A DNA stretch of 64,000 nt from Octopus vulgaris (GCA_951406725.2 OX597820.1:10354001-10418000); one strand, 5' to 3'; positions 25,838 through 38,195 are shown, counted from the first letter of the stretch. A program made the numbers and translations. Notes: generated by a model not told the origin, from the letters alone.

Positions 25838-26104
25838 TTATATAATATTAATTCGAGACAAAACCACTATTTTGCAAAACAAACAAGGAAAGTCTTAATC
25901 AATACATAAAAATTTTAATATAAAATAAATTAAATTAAAACTTCATAAATTAAAACTGATTAGAAGATCGGAAATCCACCTGACGAATGTCATTTGAAGA
26001 CATGAAACGATTGTAGTGGCGGTTTATTTATTTTATATTAAAATTTTTATGTATTGATTAAGACTTTCCTTGTTTGTTTTGCAAAATAGTGGTTTTGTCT
26101 CGAA

Positions 26105-26115
<11 letters not shown>
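25838..26115. repeat. ~90-bp near-perfect inverted repeats enclosing a hammerhead
   Basis: Arms ~25838-25930 and ~26026-26115; related sequence at 3355-3512. Confidence 0.9.
25976..26019 (+). ncRNA. Type I minimal hammerhead ribozyme motif
   Basis: CCAC-CTGACGA-ATGTC-atttgaa-GACAT-GAAA-CgattG-TA-GTGG. Confidence 0.85.
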
Positions 26116-26170
<55 letters not shown>

Positions 26171-27142
26171 TCATATATGTGTGTGTATATGTATGTATAT
26201 GTATATATACGCACTCATAAAGACATGCACATATATAAATACATACAGATATAGGTATATGTTTGTGTGTGTTTGTATCCACCCGTCCACGTATGTAGGA
26301 GCCTGATACATCCATCCCTTCTTTCCCGTAAGTGTTTTCGTCTCCATTAAACAGAGCACGGCGTCAGATCTTATATCTACATTCTGTTCCCAGACTTGAA
26401 GTAAGAAATTTTTTTTTCTTATTAAAAACAGTTCAATAATCAACCGATTTTTTTCAAGCAGAAACGTCATCAAATAGAAAAAAAAAGCCCAGAGATTTAA
26501 ACAAAATAAAACATATCTCAGACGTATTATTATTTCTGCGAATGTAGGCGGGCGCTTCTGAAAGAGATGGAAGTTCCAAGAAGCTGGATTGAAATGGAGA
26601 TGAAACAGATATATGTTTGGTTAGATGAAGCAAATATTAATGATTTTGGCAGGATTCCTCGTCGTCTTCTGCTCCTCCATTTAAAAATTTAGTTACAATG
26701 TTGTTTCTGAATTGACTCCGTATGCATAGAAAAGTTTTCTAAGTAGTAATTTGAAATACTAGAAATAGCAGCTAGAGTTCATTCATCACACGATCAATCC
26801 TATTTTTATATGGAGACAATAAATTGGATATGTGATCCTGCATATTGGTCACATCTGGAATGTCTTTGATTATGGATGGGTCTGCTTGGTCTTTATTTTC
26901 TGTCTGTTATTTTTCACTTGTTTCGGTCAATAAACTGCGGCCATGCCGGGGCACATCCTGGAGAAATCTTAGACGAATATATCGATCTCATTACTTAATT
27001 TTTTAAAGCCTGGTACTTGTTCTATCGATCTATATTACTGAACTGCTAAGTAACAGAGGCACAAACAAACCAACACCGGTTGTAAAGCGGCTGGAGAACA
27101 AAACATCAAAACATACTCAAACACAGACATACACACGTATAC

Positions 27143-27237
<95 letters not shown>

Positions 27238-27244
27238 CATATAC

Positions 27245-27650
27245 TCTTTACTCTTTTACTTGTTTCAGTCATTTGACTGTGGCGATGCTGGAGCACCGCC
27301 TTTAGTCGAGCAAATCGACCCCGGGACTTATTCTTTGTGAGCCCAGTACTTATTCTATCGGTCTCTTTTGCCGAACCGCTAAGTGACGGGGACGTAAACA
27401 CACTAGCATCGGTTGTCAAGCAATGCTAGGGGGACAAACACAGACACGCAAACACATACACACACACATATATATATATATATACATATATACGACAGGC
27501 TTCTTTCAGTTTCCGTCTACCAAATCCACTCACAAGGCATTGGTTGGCCCGGGGCTATAGCAGAAGACACATGCCCAAGATGCCACGCAGTGGGACTGAA
27601 CCCGGAACCATGTGGTTGGTTAGCAAGCTACTTACCACACAGCCACTCCT
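27245..27650 (-). mobile_element. SINE family C (CORE-like, internal TA/CA microsatellite), full length
   Basis: Head aggagtggctgtgtggtaag..gttcagtccc; tail gtcaaatgactgaaacaagtaaaaga. Confidence 0.88.
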
Positions 27651-27801
27651 ATATATATATATATATATATATATAATGCATATGAGGGTACAGGACGTCA
27701 CAAGACGTGTACAACAAAAAATACGAAGCACGAGTAGATGGAACATGAACAATTCTTTCGAACAATGAAAGACACAAATGGGAAACAAGCAAACACACAC
27801 G

Positions 27802-27867
<66 letters not shown>

Positions 27868-27868
<1 letters not shown>

Positions 27869-28375
27869 TAGCAGTATCGCCCGGCGTTGCTCGGGTTTGT
27901 AAGGGAAATAACTATATAAGCATTTTTAGAGAGTTACTTCCCTTATAAATTCGGGCTTTCTTAGCCATTTTTGTTTTGGTGTCTTCAAGCCATGAAGTCG
28001 TTGTTCTAAAAGAACGCTGGTCTCCTTCACAACGCATTACGACGTTGATTTCTTTACACTCCCTTCCCCACAGCTTCACGAGGGAGGGAAGAAGGGGAGA
28101 AGCAAACAGGTGCAGCTGTGAGCGTGGACGCCAACTCCGCCGCCATCGACACACGATGCATTTTATGCATTAAAATGGAATATAAAATGATGTTAAATTA
28201 TTTTTAAAATCGTAGACTCATCGTTGACGCGCGCTAATAGTCAGACGGGCTCGATATGAATCACGACTATAAGATACCCGAATTTGGTTAAACTGCACCG
28301 CAAAATGTGGGAGGAGTTAGGAATCTAAATCGAAGGGGACAGACACTCACACAACTAGAGTTTTATATATATAGA
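27868..28375 (-). mobile_element. Non-autonomous Helitron with distinct internal segment
   Basis: Same termini as 21349-21753, but ~27950-28160 is unrelated sequence. Confidence 0.85.
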
Positions 28376-28425
28376 TATATATATATATATATGTGCGTGT
28401 GTGTGTATATATATAAATGACGAGT

Positions 28426-28655
28426 TATTATTATTATTGCTATTGTTATTATTATTCATGTCACAACCTAGAATCAAATTAGGAATCTTGGGTTCAGTAG
28501 CCCACGCTCTTAACCACTACGACATATGTCCGCATATGAAGGCTGGAGAATACATCAGCCGAAACAAACAAGATGAGGACAAATATCGGTCAAATGTAAT
28601 CAATGTAAATAACGTAAACAATGTACATAACTCCTCATCTCTCAAATATAGAACT
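28426..28655. mobile_element. Rearranged copy of the hammerhead SINE (minus-strand head abutting plus-strand tail)
   Basis: 28450-28531 matches head 24695-24760. 28536-28630 (atgaaggctgg..cagccgaaac..aaacaagatg) is the reverse complement of 23215-23300. Confidence 0.7.
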
Positions 28656-29084
28656 AGAACTGGAGTATTAGATAGTTGAAAAGAAGAGATAGCGTGACAG
28701 CGTAGGCTACAGGTATTAAGCCTGCCGCGAACCCACGGCTCCAGGACTTCCATTAAATACTGAATAAATATAAAATCACTACCACCACCACTATCACCAC
28801 GGCCTCGACCACCACAACGACCGCAACCCCCGCCAGCACCAGCATCTCCACCACTATCGTCATCATCATCATCATTATCATCGTCATCATTAATATTATG
28901 AAACTGTATAACTGTATTGATAATAGAATGAGAATAAAATATCGATTCTGAAATTTTTAAGTTTCAATCAAGGTAACAATACGTTTTCTTTTATATAAAC
29001 CATTGGAGCGTTCGGAATTTAAATAACATAATACAAATATTGATGAAATATCTAAGGGGGGAAGGAAACACGCTGTGCATACAT

Positions 29085-29085
29085 G

Positions 29086-29182
<97 letters not shown>

Positions 29183-29183
29183 G

Positions 29184-29252
<69 letters not shown>

Positions 29253-29271
29253 GTATATGTATATATATATG

Positions 29272-29306
<35 letters not shown>

Positions 29307-29359
29307 GTATATATATGTATATATATATATGTATATATATATATGTGTATATATATATG

Positions 29360-29397
<38 letters not shown>

Positions 29398-29400
29398 TAC

Positions 29401-29441
<41 letters not shown>

Positions 29442-29462
29442 TATGTATATGTATATATATAT
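29085..29462. repeat. Long interrupted (TA)n microsatellite
   Basis: Direct reading; dozens of similar (TA)n, (CA)n, (TACA)n and (GATA)n tracts occur across the window. Confidence 0.97.
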
Positions 29463-29782
29463 AAACACACACACACGTTTACATACACATGCTGTAATGA
29501 ATGCATTGTTTTACTTTTGTGAATAGTTGTTGTTATTGTTATTGTATTTCATCCCGAAGATTGGAGAAACGAAGGGAAAAAATGAAAAAGGAAAATTGCA
29601 GTTGAAATTCACCTGAGTGATAATAATCTTTCCGTTATTATGGCGCGCTATAGATTTATCATCTGCCATATTTGAAGGGCTAAAGCGTAAGGATATTAAG
29701 AGATAAATGGCGGATAGCTGCGCAGCGTGTTGCTATCGATGTGAAAGAAAAATATGTAGTTTGGTAAGATGAAAGAATTGGA

Positions 29783-29871
<89 letters not shown>

Positions 29872-30308
29872 TGCAGGCATGGCTGTGTGGTAAGAAGCTT
29901 GCTTCCCAACCACATGGTTCTGGGTTCATTCTCACTGCGTGGTATCTTGGGCAAGTGTTTTCTACTATAGCTTCGAGCCAACCAAAGCCTTGTGAGTGGA
30001 TTTGGTAGACGGAAACTGAAAGAAACCCGTCGTATATGTAGATATGTACATATACGAAGGGTTTCTTGTTGATATGTACATATATGTGTGTGTGTTTGTG
30101 TGTATATGTTTGTGTGTCTGTGTTTGTCTCCCCCACCCGCCAACATCACTTGTGTGTTTACGTCCCCGTAACCTAGCGGTTCAGCAAAAGAGTCTAATTG
30201 TATAAGTACTAGGCTTACAAAGAATAAGTCCTGGGGTCGATTTGTTCGACTAAAGGCGGTTTTCCAGCGTAGCCGCAGTCAAATAATTGGAAAAATAAAA
30301 GAATAAAA

Positions 30309-30310
<2 letters not shown>
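29872..30310 (+). mobile_element. SINE family C
   Basis: Same head, core and tail as 44710-45160. Confidence 0.85.
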
Positions 30311-30346
<36 letters not shown>

Positions 30347-30347
<1 letters not shown>

Positions 30348-30660
30348 AATTGTGTATGGCAGAAAAATAGATAATCCTTATGAACTCACATGACCCAGGA
30401 GGCTACCTGAACTACAGGACGGAAGCCATGGGGAGTTGTCCTCATTTTCGCAAATATTTACTTCAAAATTCGACAACCTAGCTATCAAGCGAAGGAAGAC
30501 AACTCGCCCGGCCATCATTTTTTCACAGGAATATTTCTTTAACTATCACAGGCGTTCATGTGTTTTCAAAAAGCATTCCTTGTAATGAGCAGTTACTGTT
30601 TACAGAAACTGAAGATACGTCTAGTTCACACAAGATATGAAACCAATGTCTTTTTCTAAA
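30347..30660 (+). mobile_element. Penelope-like element 3' end (ORF C-terminus, 3' UTR, hammerhead)
   Basis: KLCMAEK*IILMNSHDPGGYLNYRTEAMGSCPHFRKYLL fits the PLE C-terminal CxLCxxEK..LNxRxE..CxH motif. A hammerhead core follows at 30604-30655. Confidence 0.7.
30604..30655 (+). ncRNA. Hammerhead motif in PLE 3' UTR
   Basis: AGAAA-CTGAAGA-TAcgTCT...AGATAt-GAAA-CcaatG-TC-TTTTT. Confidence 0.6.
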
Positions 30661-30945
30661 ACTGTTACCTTACACATACAGAAATATATATATATATATA
30701 TAATACAAATTGAGGAAATGGAGCCTGTAAAATCCAGGCTACATATGTTTCCTAACAAGCAGAACATCAGAAGTAATAATTACTCACCGGCGAGTACTCC
30801 AGTTGCTACTTACTCATTAGACAGAAGGTACGTTAGGTACAGGAAGGTTATACTGCCGTCAAAGCACCCCAAGTTAACTCGCGGGAGATATGACTTAAAG
30901 GAAGTGGCGAAGCCGGAAACACAGGCTAAAAAAAAAAAAAATTGA

Positions 30946-30991
<46 letters not shown>

Positions 30992-31091
30992 TAAAAACGA
31001 TAAGATAACAAAAGAAAGAAAGAGACCTCAATATTATGTAAATAGAGAATTTTATCTGTAAATGTAATATGTGACAATTATTCGGTAGCCA

Positions 31092-31154
31092 AGATAAAAC
31101 TCTGAGTTTCGGATGCCGAGGTGGAAATCCACACTACCATCTCTTCAGTTATCC
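31092..31154 (-). ncRNA. Type I hammerhead motif
   Basis: GGATAA-CTGAAGA-GATG...GTGGAttTCCAC...CATCc-GAAA-CTCaGAG-TT-TTATCT. Confidence 0.75.
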
Positions 31155-31206
31155 GGCCATCGGAAAAACGCTATGAAAAATCCTATAAATATAAAATCCT
31201 ATATAT

Positions 31207-31266
<60 letters not shown>

Positions 31267-31963
31267 AAAAGAAATGACACAAGGAGAGCAATGGTTATGC
31301 TAACCTAATGGAGTTTATAAAACTGTTTTTCCTGCATCATCACTTTTTCTTATTACCGCTCCGTACTCATCGAATACTTTGTTGAAACATCGGCATTTTG
31401 TGTTCTATACCGTTATTTAACTCACACTATATAAATATATATATATACATACATATATATACGACAAGAAATAATTGTTGTCTCGTGTTATGGAGACAAA
31501 AGAGTTTATAAAACTGTAAAAATGAAGTACTCAAATGTAATTGAGACAGAGATAAAAATAAAAACGTTGATCAAAGAACAGACATCAAATTCGAGTCAAC
31601 GACTTTATATATAACACTACGCCTCTAAAAAACATTTGATCATACATAAATATCACCATGGCCTTTCAACATATGACATATACATATGTAAAAGCACAGG
31701 AGGTAAAAATATATATGCGAATAAAACACAGATATATAGAACGGCCTATCAACAAAGTATATACAATCGACTAAAAATTCTAAAATGTGTCATGCTGCTA
31801 AAAATCTAAATAAACTAAAATATCAATCGACTAAAAACAATTTTCTTTCTCCTCTCAAACAAAAAAAAAAAAAAATTAAGAATGTCAAAAATGTTCATTT
31901 CATAAAATCCATGGTAGGTTGGAGTCCAGGAGCAAACAGGGTTCCACAAAATCAAATGAAACA

Positions 31964-32047
31964 CATCAATGGCCATTTCGGGATTTCATTGCCGGGCTTC
32001 GATTGCAAGCTAAAGTGCATTTCAGCAATGACCCCCTCATCAGGATG
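31964..32047 (-). ncRNA. Type I hammerhead motif, extended stem II, palindromic stem III
   Basis: CATC-CTGATGA-GGGGG-TCATTGCTG...CGGCAATGA-aat-CCC-GAAA-TGGCCA-TT-GATG. Confidence 0.8.
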
Positions 32048-32103
32048 GATAGGAATCTCAATAGCTTGCACATATTATTATTATTGTAATTATTATTGTT
32101 TTA

Positions 32104-32220
32104 TTTTTTTCTTCTTTCAGATTTGCTTCTATTTCTTGCCGTGTGTCTTCCCGACTCCTAGGGCAAAAAAGCTCATAGTATACGTTGGTAGGCAATTAAA
32201 CTAAACTCAATAATTCGTTC

Positions 32221-32222
<2 letters not shown>
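32104..32222 (-). mobile_element. Second, 5'-truncated copy of the Dong-like 3' terminus
   Basis: Diverged duplicate of 32288-32410 (shared gtgtcttcccgactcctagggcaaa..ttcgttcattt), separated from it by (TAA)n. Confidence 0.85.
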
Positions 32223-32285
<63 letters not shown>

Positions 32286-32286
<1 letters not shown>

Positions 32287-35200
32287 TTTTTTTTTTCTTC
32301 TTTCAAATTTTCTTCCATTTCTTGCCGAGTGTCTTCCCGACTCCTAGGGCAAAGAAACTCATAGTGTATATTGGTAGGCCATTAAACCAAACTCAGTAGT
32401 TCGTTCATTTTTTTTTCTTTTTTTTTTTTTAATGTTAAATTAAAATTAAAATACATGAGCAGCAACAGTTCTCACATCGACAATGCTCTTCTCAATACGT
32501 GTGATGTACCAGTTAAGACAATATTTTGCACTTCTTGCAGGGATGGTAAGCCAGGGATCATTCTCATATAATTTTCAGTTCCCTTCTTGATCATTCCTAG
32601 TGCTCCTACGATCACTGGTATTGTAACCGCCTTGAGATGCCACATTTTCTTAATTTCAATGAGTAGGTCTTTATATTTTCTGAGCTTGTCAAACTCTTTC
32701 GCTGAGATATTATGATCACAGGGGATGCTCATGTCGATCAATAAGCAAACTTTATTGTTTTGGTCTTTCACAACAATATCTGGTTTATTGGCCTTGATGG
32801 TTCGGTCTGTATGTACTGGAAAGTCCCACAGAATGGTTACATTTTCTCCTTCAGTTACAGCCTCAGGGTGGTGATTATACCACTTGTCGGCAGTTTTGAT
32901 ATTGTAATGCCGACTTATTAGCCAGTGGAGATATTGGCCAACTCTGTCATGTCTTAATTTATACTCCACTGGTGCTAAGACTTTACATCCAGAGATTAGG
33001 TGGTCCACTGTTTCAATCATGTCGTTGCAGAATCGGCATTTTGGGTCTGCTCCATTTTTCATCACATTGGCCTGGTAGTTCCGGGTTAATAGGCTTTGGT
33101 CTTGAGCAGCCAGGATGAAACCTTCGCTCTCTGCTTTTAGCCCTGAGCTCCGCAGCCACTGATGGGTTTGCTTCTGGTCAACATCAGCTTGTTTGCTGCG
33201 GGTCACATATTTGCCGTGCAGAGGTTTCTCCTCCCACCTATCAGCCAATTGCTCGTGCGCTTTTTTCATTGCCATCATTTTCACCTTCTTTGCAACAATA
33301 GTTGCCGTACTTCCCTCGGGTTGTTCAGTTTGGGTATCCTGCACGAGATCAATAGCAAATTTTTTGCTTTCCTTGATGATAGAATGAAGCTTCTTTCGTC
33401 TCTCGTGATTTTCCACGAGCTTTAGCATCCAGTCATTCGATATTTCGAGATATTTGGCCAGTCCAATTGTGGTTGTTTTGTAAGCTAGTTCAAATTGGAT
33501 CAGGCCTCGACCTCCTTGGGCTCTGGGAAGGTAAAGGCGATCTACGTCTGCCTTTGGGTGGTGCATCCTATTACAACTCAGCAGCTTGCGTATTTTTCTA
33601 TCTATATTCTTTACTTCACTCATATTCCAGTTCAACACATTGTAGCTATAAGTAACAACTGGAACTGCTAAGGAATTTATAGCTAACACCTTGTTACGTG
33701 CATTTAGTTCAGATTTCAGGACTGCACGAACTCTCCTATAACATTCCTTCCTGATTTTCTCTTTCATGCTTGCATGCTGAATACTAGAACCTTCATTTAT
33801 CCCTAAATATTTGTATGTCTGTTCTTGCTCAAGCTCTCTTATGACTGTGTCAACATCTAACACGACTGAATTTGTGGTCTTCACTTTCCCTTTCTGGAAA
33901 GTGGCCTTGGCACACTTCTCAAGTCCAAACTCCATCCCGATGTCATCGCTGAATGCTTTCACGGTGCGCAATAGGCCTTCAAGTTCATTATTGTCTTTAC
34001 CATAAAGTTTTAAGTCATCCATATAAAATAGATGGCTTATTTTTTTATTGGCAATTTTATACCCATACCCTGTTCTGTTTAATTCACTTGTAAGGGGTAT
34101 TAGGGCTATGCAGAATATTAAAGGTGAAAGTGAGTCACCTTGAAAAATTCCACAGTTGATGTTTATGTTTTCTGAGGCAAGTACTCCATTAGAGTGGTAT
34201 AATTGGAGATTCGTATTCCACAACGACATATTGTGCTTCAGGAAGTTTGAAATCACAGGGGAAATTTTAAAGATGTCCAGCGATCTCAAGATCCATGGAT
34301 GCGGTATACTGTCGAAGGCCTTTTTATAGTCAATCCATGCGGTGCTGAGATTTCTGCGCTTGTTGTGACAGTTCTCAAGGATCATACGATTGATTAGCAG
34401 TTGATCTTTGCATCCGTAAGAGCCTCGGCGGCACCCTTTTTGTTCAATGGGGAAAATATCGTTCTTCTCCATGAATGCATATGTTTTCTCCGCCAGGATA
34501 GATGTTAGGATTTTATACGTGGTGGATAGACAGGTTATAGGCCGATAGTTTTTTGGAAGGTTGGTTTCGTTATTCTTTGGGAGTAGGTAAGTAATGCCAC
34601 TTGCTAACCATTCAGGTGTTTTCTTTGGGTCTCTCAAAATTCCATTGAGCAGCTGAACTAGCTTACCGTGTGCGCACGGGAGCGATGCGAGCCAGAAATT
34701 CGGCACCCTATCTTTACCGGGGGATTTCCAATTATGGGCCTTCGTGAGTGCCTTTCTTAGGTCTGCTATTGTGATGTCTTCCCATGCTTGTTGTTGTAAA
34801 TTTTGGTAGGATCCTTCAGTTTGTATAATCCAGTCTGCATTTATGTTGTACGTCTTCTTGTCACTCCAAATCCTTTCCCAAAAGTTTTGAACTTCTTCCA
34901 TGGGAGGGGGGTCTTTAACGGTTACTTTCTCCTTCCCTATTTCTCTGTAGAATTTTTTGGCATTGGATGTGAACAGCTTATTTTGCTTGTAAAACTTGTT
35001 TCTCTTCTCAAATCTTCGTATTCTTTGGGCTTTTGCTTGGACTTTTTGTTTCAGCGTTTCTTTTATTGATATCAGTTCTTCTCTTGGTGAGGATCCAAAT
35101 TTTCTCTTCATCTTTCTTCCTGTTCTGGATCTTACATCATTTCCACATATTAGTTAATTTAATATTGATATTTCCCCTCTCATAAATTCAATCTCTTTTT

Positions 35201-36240
35201 CAATTTTACTTCTCCAGGTTTGATTTCTTCCCAGGTTTGGTTTTCTTTGTTTTTTCGGGGGCATACAGCTGGTTTCAATTGCCCTAGCAGAAGCGTAAAT
35301 AATTTCATTTAACTCAGTAAAATCAGGTTTTAATTCTTGTATTATTTCATTTGTTACATAGTTGCCAATTTGGATTTGTTTTTTATTTTGGTTTGTATTT
35401 GAGAGTTTATGAAGCGGTTTTCTATCATTCATACTTGTATGTCTTACAACTTCAAGCGTATTCAGGATTTTCTGCCTCATTTCTGCCATAGACTCTCTGT
35501 GTTCTTCAGCAAATGCGAGATCTTCAGTTACTGTTGTTTTTTCGTTTTCCTGGTTATCTTTAACAGGTACAATAGAATTTCTTGTATCTTCAGGCCTTTG
35601 CGTACTTTGGTCAGATGGCAGTCTTTCAATTAAGCCTCGTGGCGGGCTATACTGTTCATCTGATTCTTCATTTCCTTTGTGTCTTATATTTATGTCATTT
35701 TCCGTTGCGTGCTTGATCGCACTTATTTCACTGTCTGTGAGTCTGTTATTTCTAAAGATATCCCTCCTCACATTTGCTAATTTGTTCTCGTCCAAATAGG
35801 GCCTACTGTCTTGATTCCGTGTTCTCCATATACTGTAAGAGTTTGCGGTGTGTCTCTCTTGAGATGGCCTACCTAATGCATAGTAATAAGCGTATATTAC
35901 TTCTTTATACTCTTCTCGGGTCCATTTGTTCCGCTTACATTTTTCTTTCTGTGGTGGTTGTGGTGGTGAACTTGGAGGGCTCGAGTTGGGGGATTTCCCG
36001 TTCAAGTGACCATCCATGTCCGTATTCGGAGAAGAGTTTGTGCCAGTTGATGACTTTTCGATCCCAGGCTGGCTCTTCCCTGGGGGACGCGCTTCCAGAT
36101 TAACCATAGGACAAGCGATTTGGTATACTGATTTAGTTTTCCTTTTAGTTTCCAAAAACATTTTGGTGCTACGATAATGTTATCATTTTTTAGCTTTGAT
36201 TGGCTCGTGGGGAGACGGCCATCATTACCGTTACAATTAT
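32286..36240 (-). mobile_element. Near full-length R4/Dong-like non-LTR retrotransposon (RT + restriction-like endonuclease)
   Basis: Long RT-REL ORF. 3' UTR 32471-32286 ends in an A-run joined to (TAA)n at 32222-32285. Further TAA-rich repeats lie upstream (36494-36632). The 5' boundary is approximate. Confidence 0.9.
32472..36161 (-). pseudogene. R4/Dong-type polyprotein (N-terminal domain, reverse transcriptase, CCHC knuckle, REL endonuclease), 1230 codons with one in-frame TAA at 35154-35156
   Basis: ORFs 35154..36161 and 32472..35111 share a frame and read EISILN*LICGNDVRSRTGRKMKRKF. Motifs: KSPGKD, YRPITCL, EQKGC, WIDYKKAFDSI, QGDSLSP, YMDDLK, YKYLG, CRFC..ETVDHLISGC, RHD, KPDIVV..LIDMSIP, KYKDL, PVIVGALG. 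Confidence 0.93.
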
Positions 36241-36279
36241 AATCGTACCATTATAGCAGCCGTAGTCGGCTTATTATTG

Positions 36280-36492
36280 TTATTATCTTCACCATTACCA
36301 TCACTATCATCATTATCACCACCATTACCATCATCATCATCCATCACCATCACCACCATCATCATCAATGATATTGTTTTATGTGTAGTCACAGCAGTAT
36401 CTTATTATTGTTATTTTTGTTTTTTTATCATTATCACCATCACAATAGTGTCTGTCTGTCTCGTTGGCTGGCTTGGTGGTTGGCTGGCTGAC

Positions 36493-36534
<42 letters not shown>

Positions 36535-36545
36535 CCTCATCATCA

Positions 36546-36632
<87 letters not shown>

Positions 36633-36705
36633 GAAGAAGAAGAAGAAGAAGAAGAAGAAGAAGAAGAAGAAGAAGAAGATGATGAAGATGATGATGATGA
36701 TGATT
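36280..36705. repeat. Compound (CAT/CAC)n, (TAT)n, (AGA)n, (GAT)n microsatellite upstream of the Dong-like element
   Basis: Direct reading. Confidence 0.95.
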
Positions 36706-36872
36706 TGTCACCCTTTCATCCATTAAAGAATTATGTATTAGACTTGTAAAATCACACGGATTTACAGTTCCACGAACATTGCATGACTGTAGTTTAAATT
36801 AAAAATGTTACCCGTCTGGAAGTTATCGAGTGAATCTCCAGTGAAATGCGATGTACATATTCACACACACAC

Positions 36873-36917
<45 letters not shown>

Positions 36918-37828
36918 CACACACACACACAGCTATACATATATATGCGTGTCTGTGCATATGTATATATACACACACACACACACGCACACACAAATAG
37001 ACACACAAGCACTCACCCCCCACACACTCACACACACATATATGTTTGTCTATGTATCCAATGTGTATACATGCTCATAAATACTTTCGCTATTCCATCG
37101 GTTTATTCAACGCTCTTAATTTTCACTTCTCTCTTTCTTATCATCTTCATCATTTATAACTTTCCGAAACCCTAAGTCACGTGTTTTTTCTTTCCTTGTC
37201 TCGATTTGCATAATTTCATTCTGAAACATAAACCCCTTACCATTCTCTTATTTCTGTTTTACTTCCTACCAGTTTTATATCCCAATGAAGAGATAACAAA
37301 TGCATTATGATCATATTAAACATTGATAAGTCATTGTAGCTATTAAAACATAAAATTATATTGTTCCTCATTAAATATTTTATTTAATAGCAATATAAAT
37401 GTGAACTATCAAAGCTTTTCAACCATGAAACTATGACCTGGTTTGTGAAACTCTACTTAAACCTCTATTAACTACATATTATAGCAGATATATTTTACTG
37501 CATAACTGCTTTTAGGTGAATATCATTGGACAATATGGACGTCGATTATTATCATTTAATCTACAAAAATTGCGTAAGATTTATGCGCTGTGCTTAGCTA
37601 ATGAAAATCCAATAATATCGCTTCCATGTGAAATATTTCAGTCTGCTTGGATGGTCTTTTGTCCTGGATTTACATTTTCTTGAAGCTGGGACTTCTTTTA
37701 CTAATTGAATATCTTGTTGTTTTAATCTAATTCTTTTGAAACACTTGTGTGTAATACAAGTAGAACATCGAGTGGAACGTAAAGAGTCCTTAAAAAGTTA
37801 TATTTCTCGTTATCTACATTTCTCTTAC

Positions 37829-37883
<55 letters not shown>

Positions 37884-37886
<3 letters not shown>

Positions 37887-38195
37887 AGGCACAATGGCCC
37901 AGTGGTTAGGGCAGCGGACTCGCAATTGTAGGATCGCGGTTTCGATTCCCAGACCGGGTGTTGTGAGTGTTTATTGAGCAAAAACAGCTAAAGCTTCACG
38001 AGGCTCCAGCAGTGGGTGGTGGCGATCCCTGCTGTACCCTTTCGCCACAACTTTCTGTCACTCTTTCTTCTGTTTGCCTGCTCACTTAGCCAGCAGGGTG
38101 GCGTCATTTGAAGGCTAAAACCATGCGAAGCGCATTGTAACCAGCAATGTGTAGCAACATCTGATAGCTTGGTCGGTCACGGTGATCACGGTGAT
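37884..38195 (+). mobile_element. SINE family B head with a third tail type
   Basis: 37884-38070 matches the family B head; ends ggtcacggtgatcacggtga. Confidence 0.8.

Noticed and set aside
35154-35156. Selenocysteine or programmed readthrough at the in-frame stop
   Set aside because: The codon is TAA, not TGA; a point mutation or sequencing error is simpler.
36162-36260. Possible HDV-like ribozyme in the Dong 5' UTR
   Set aside because: I could not build a convincing nested double pseudoknot by eye; it needs a descriptor search.
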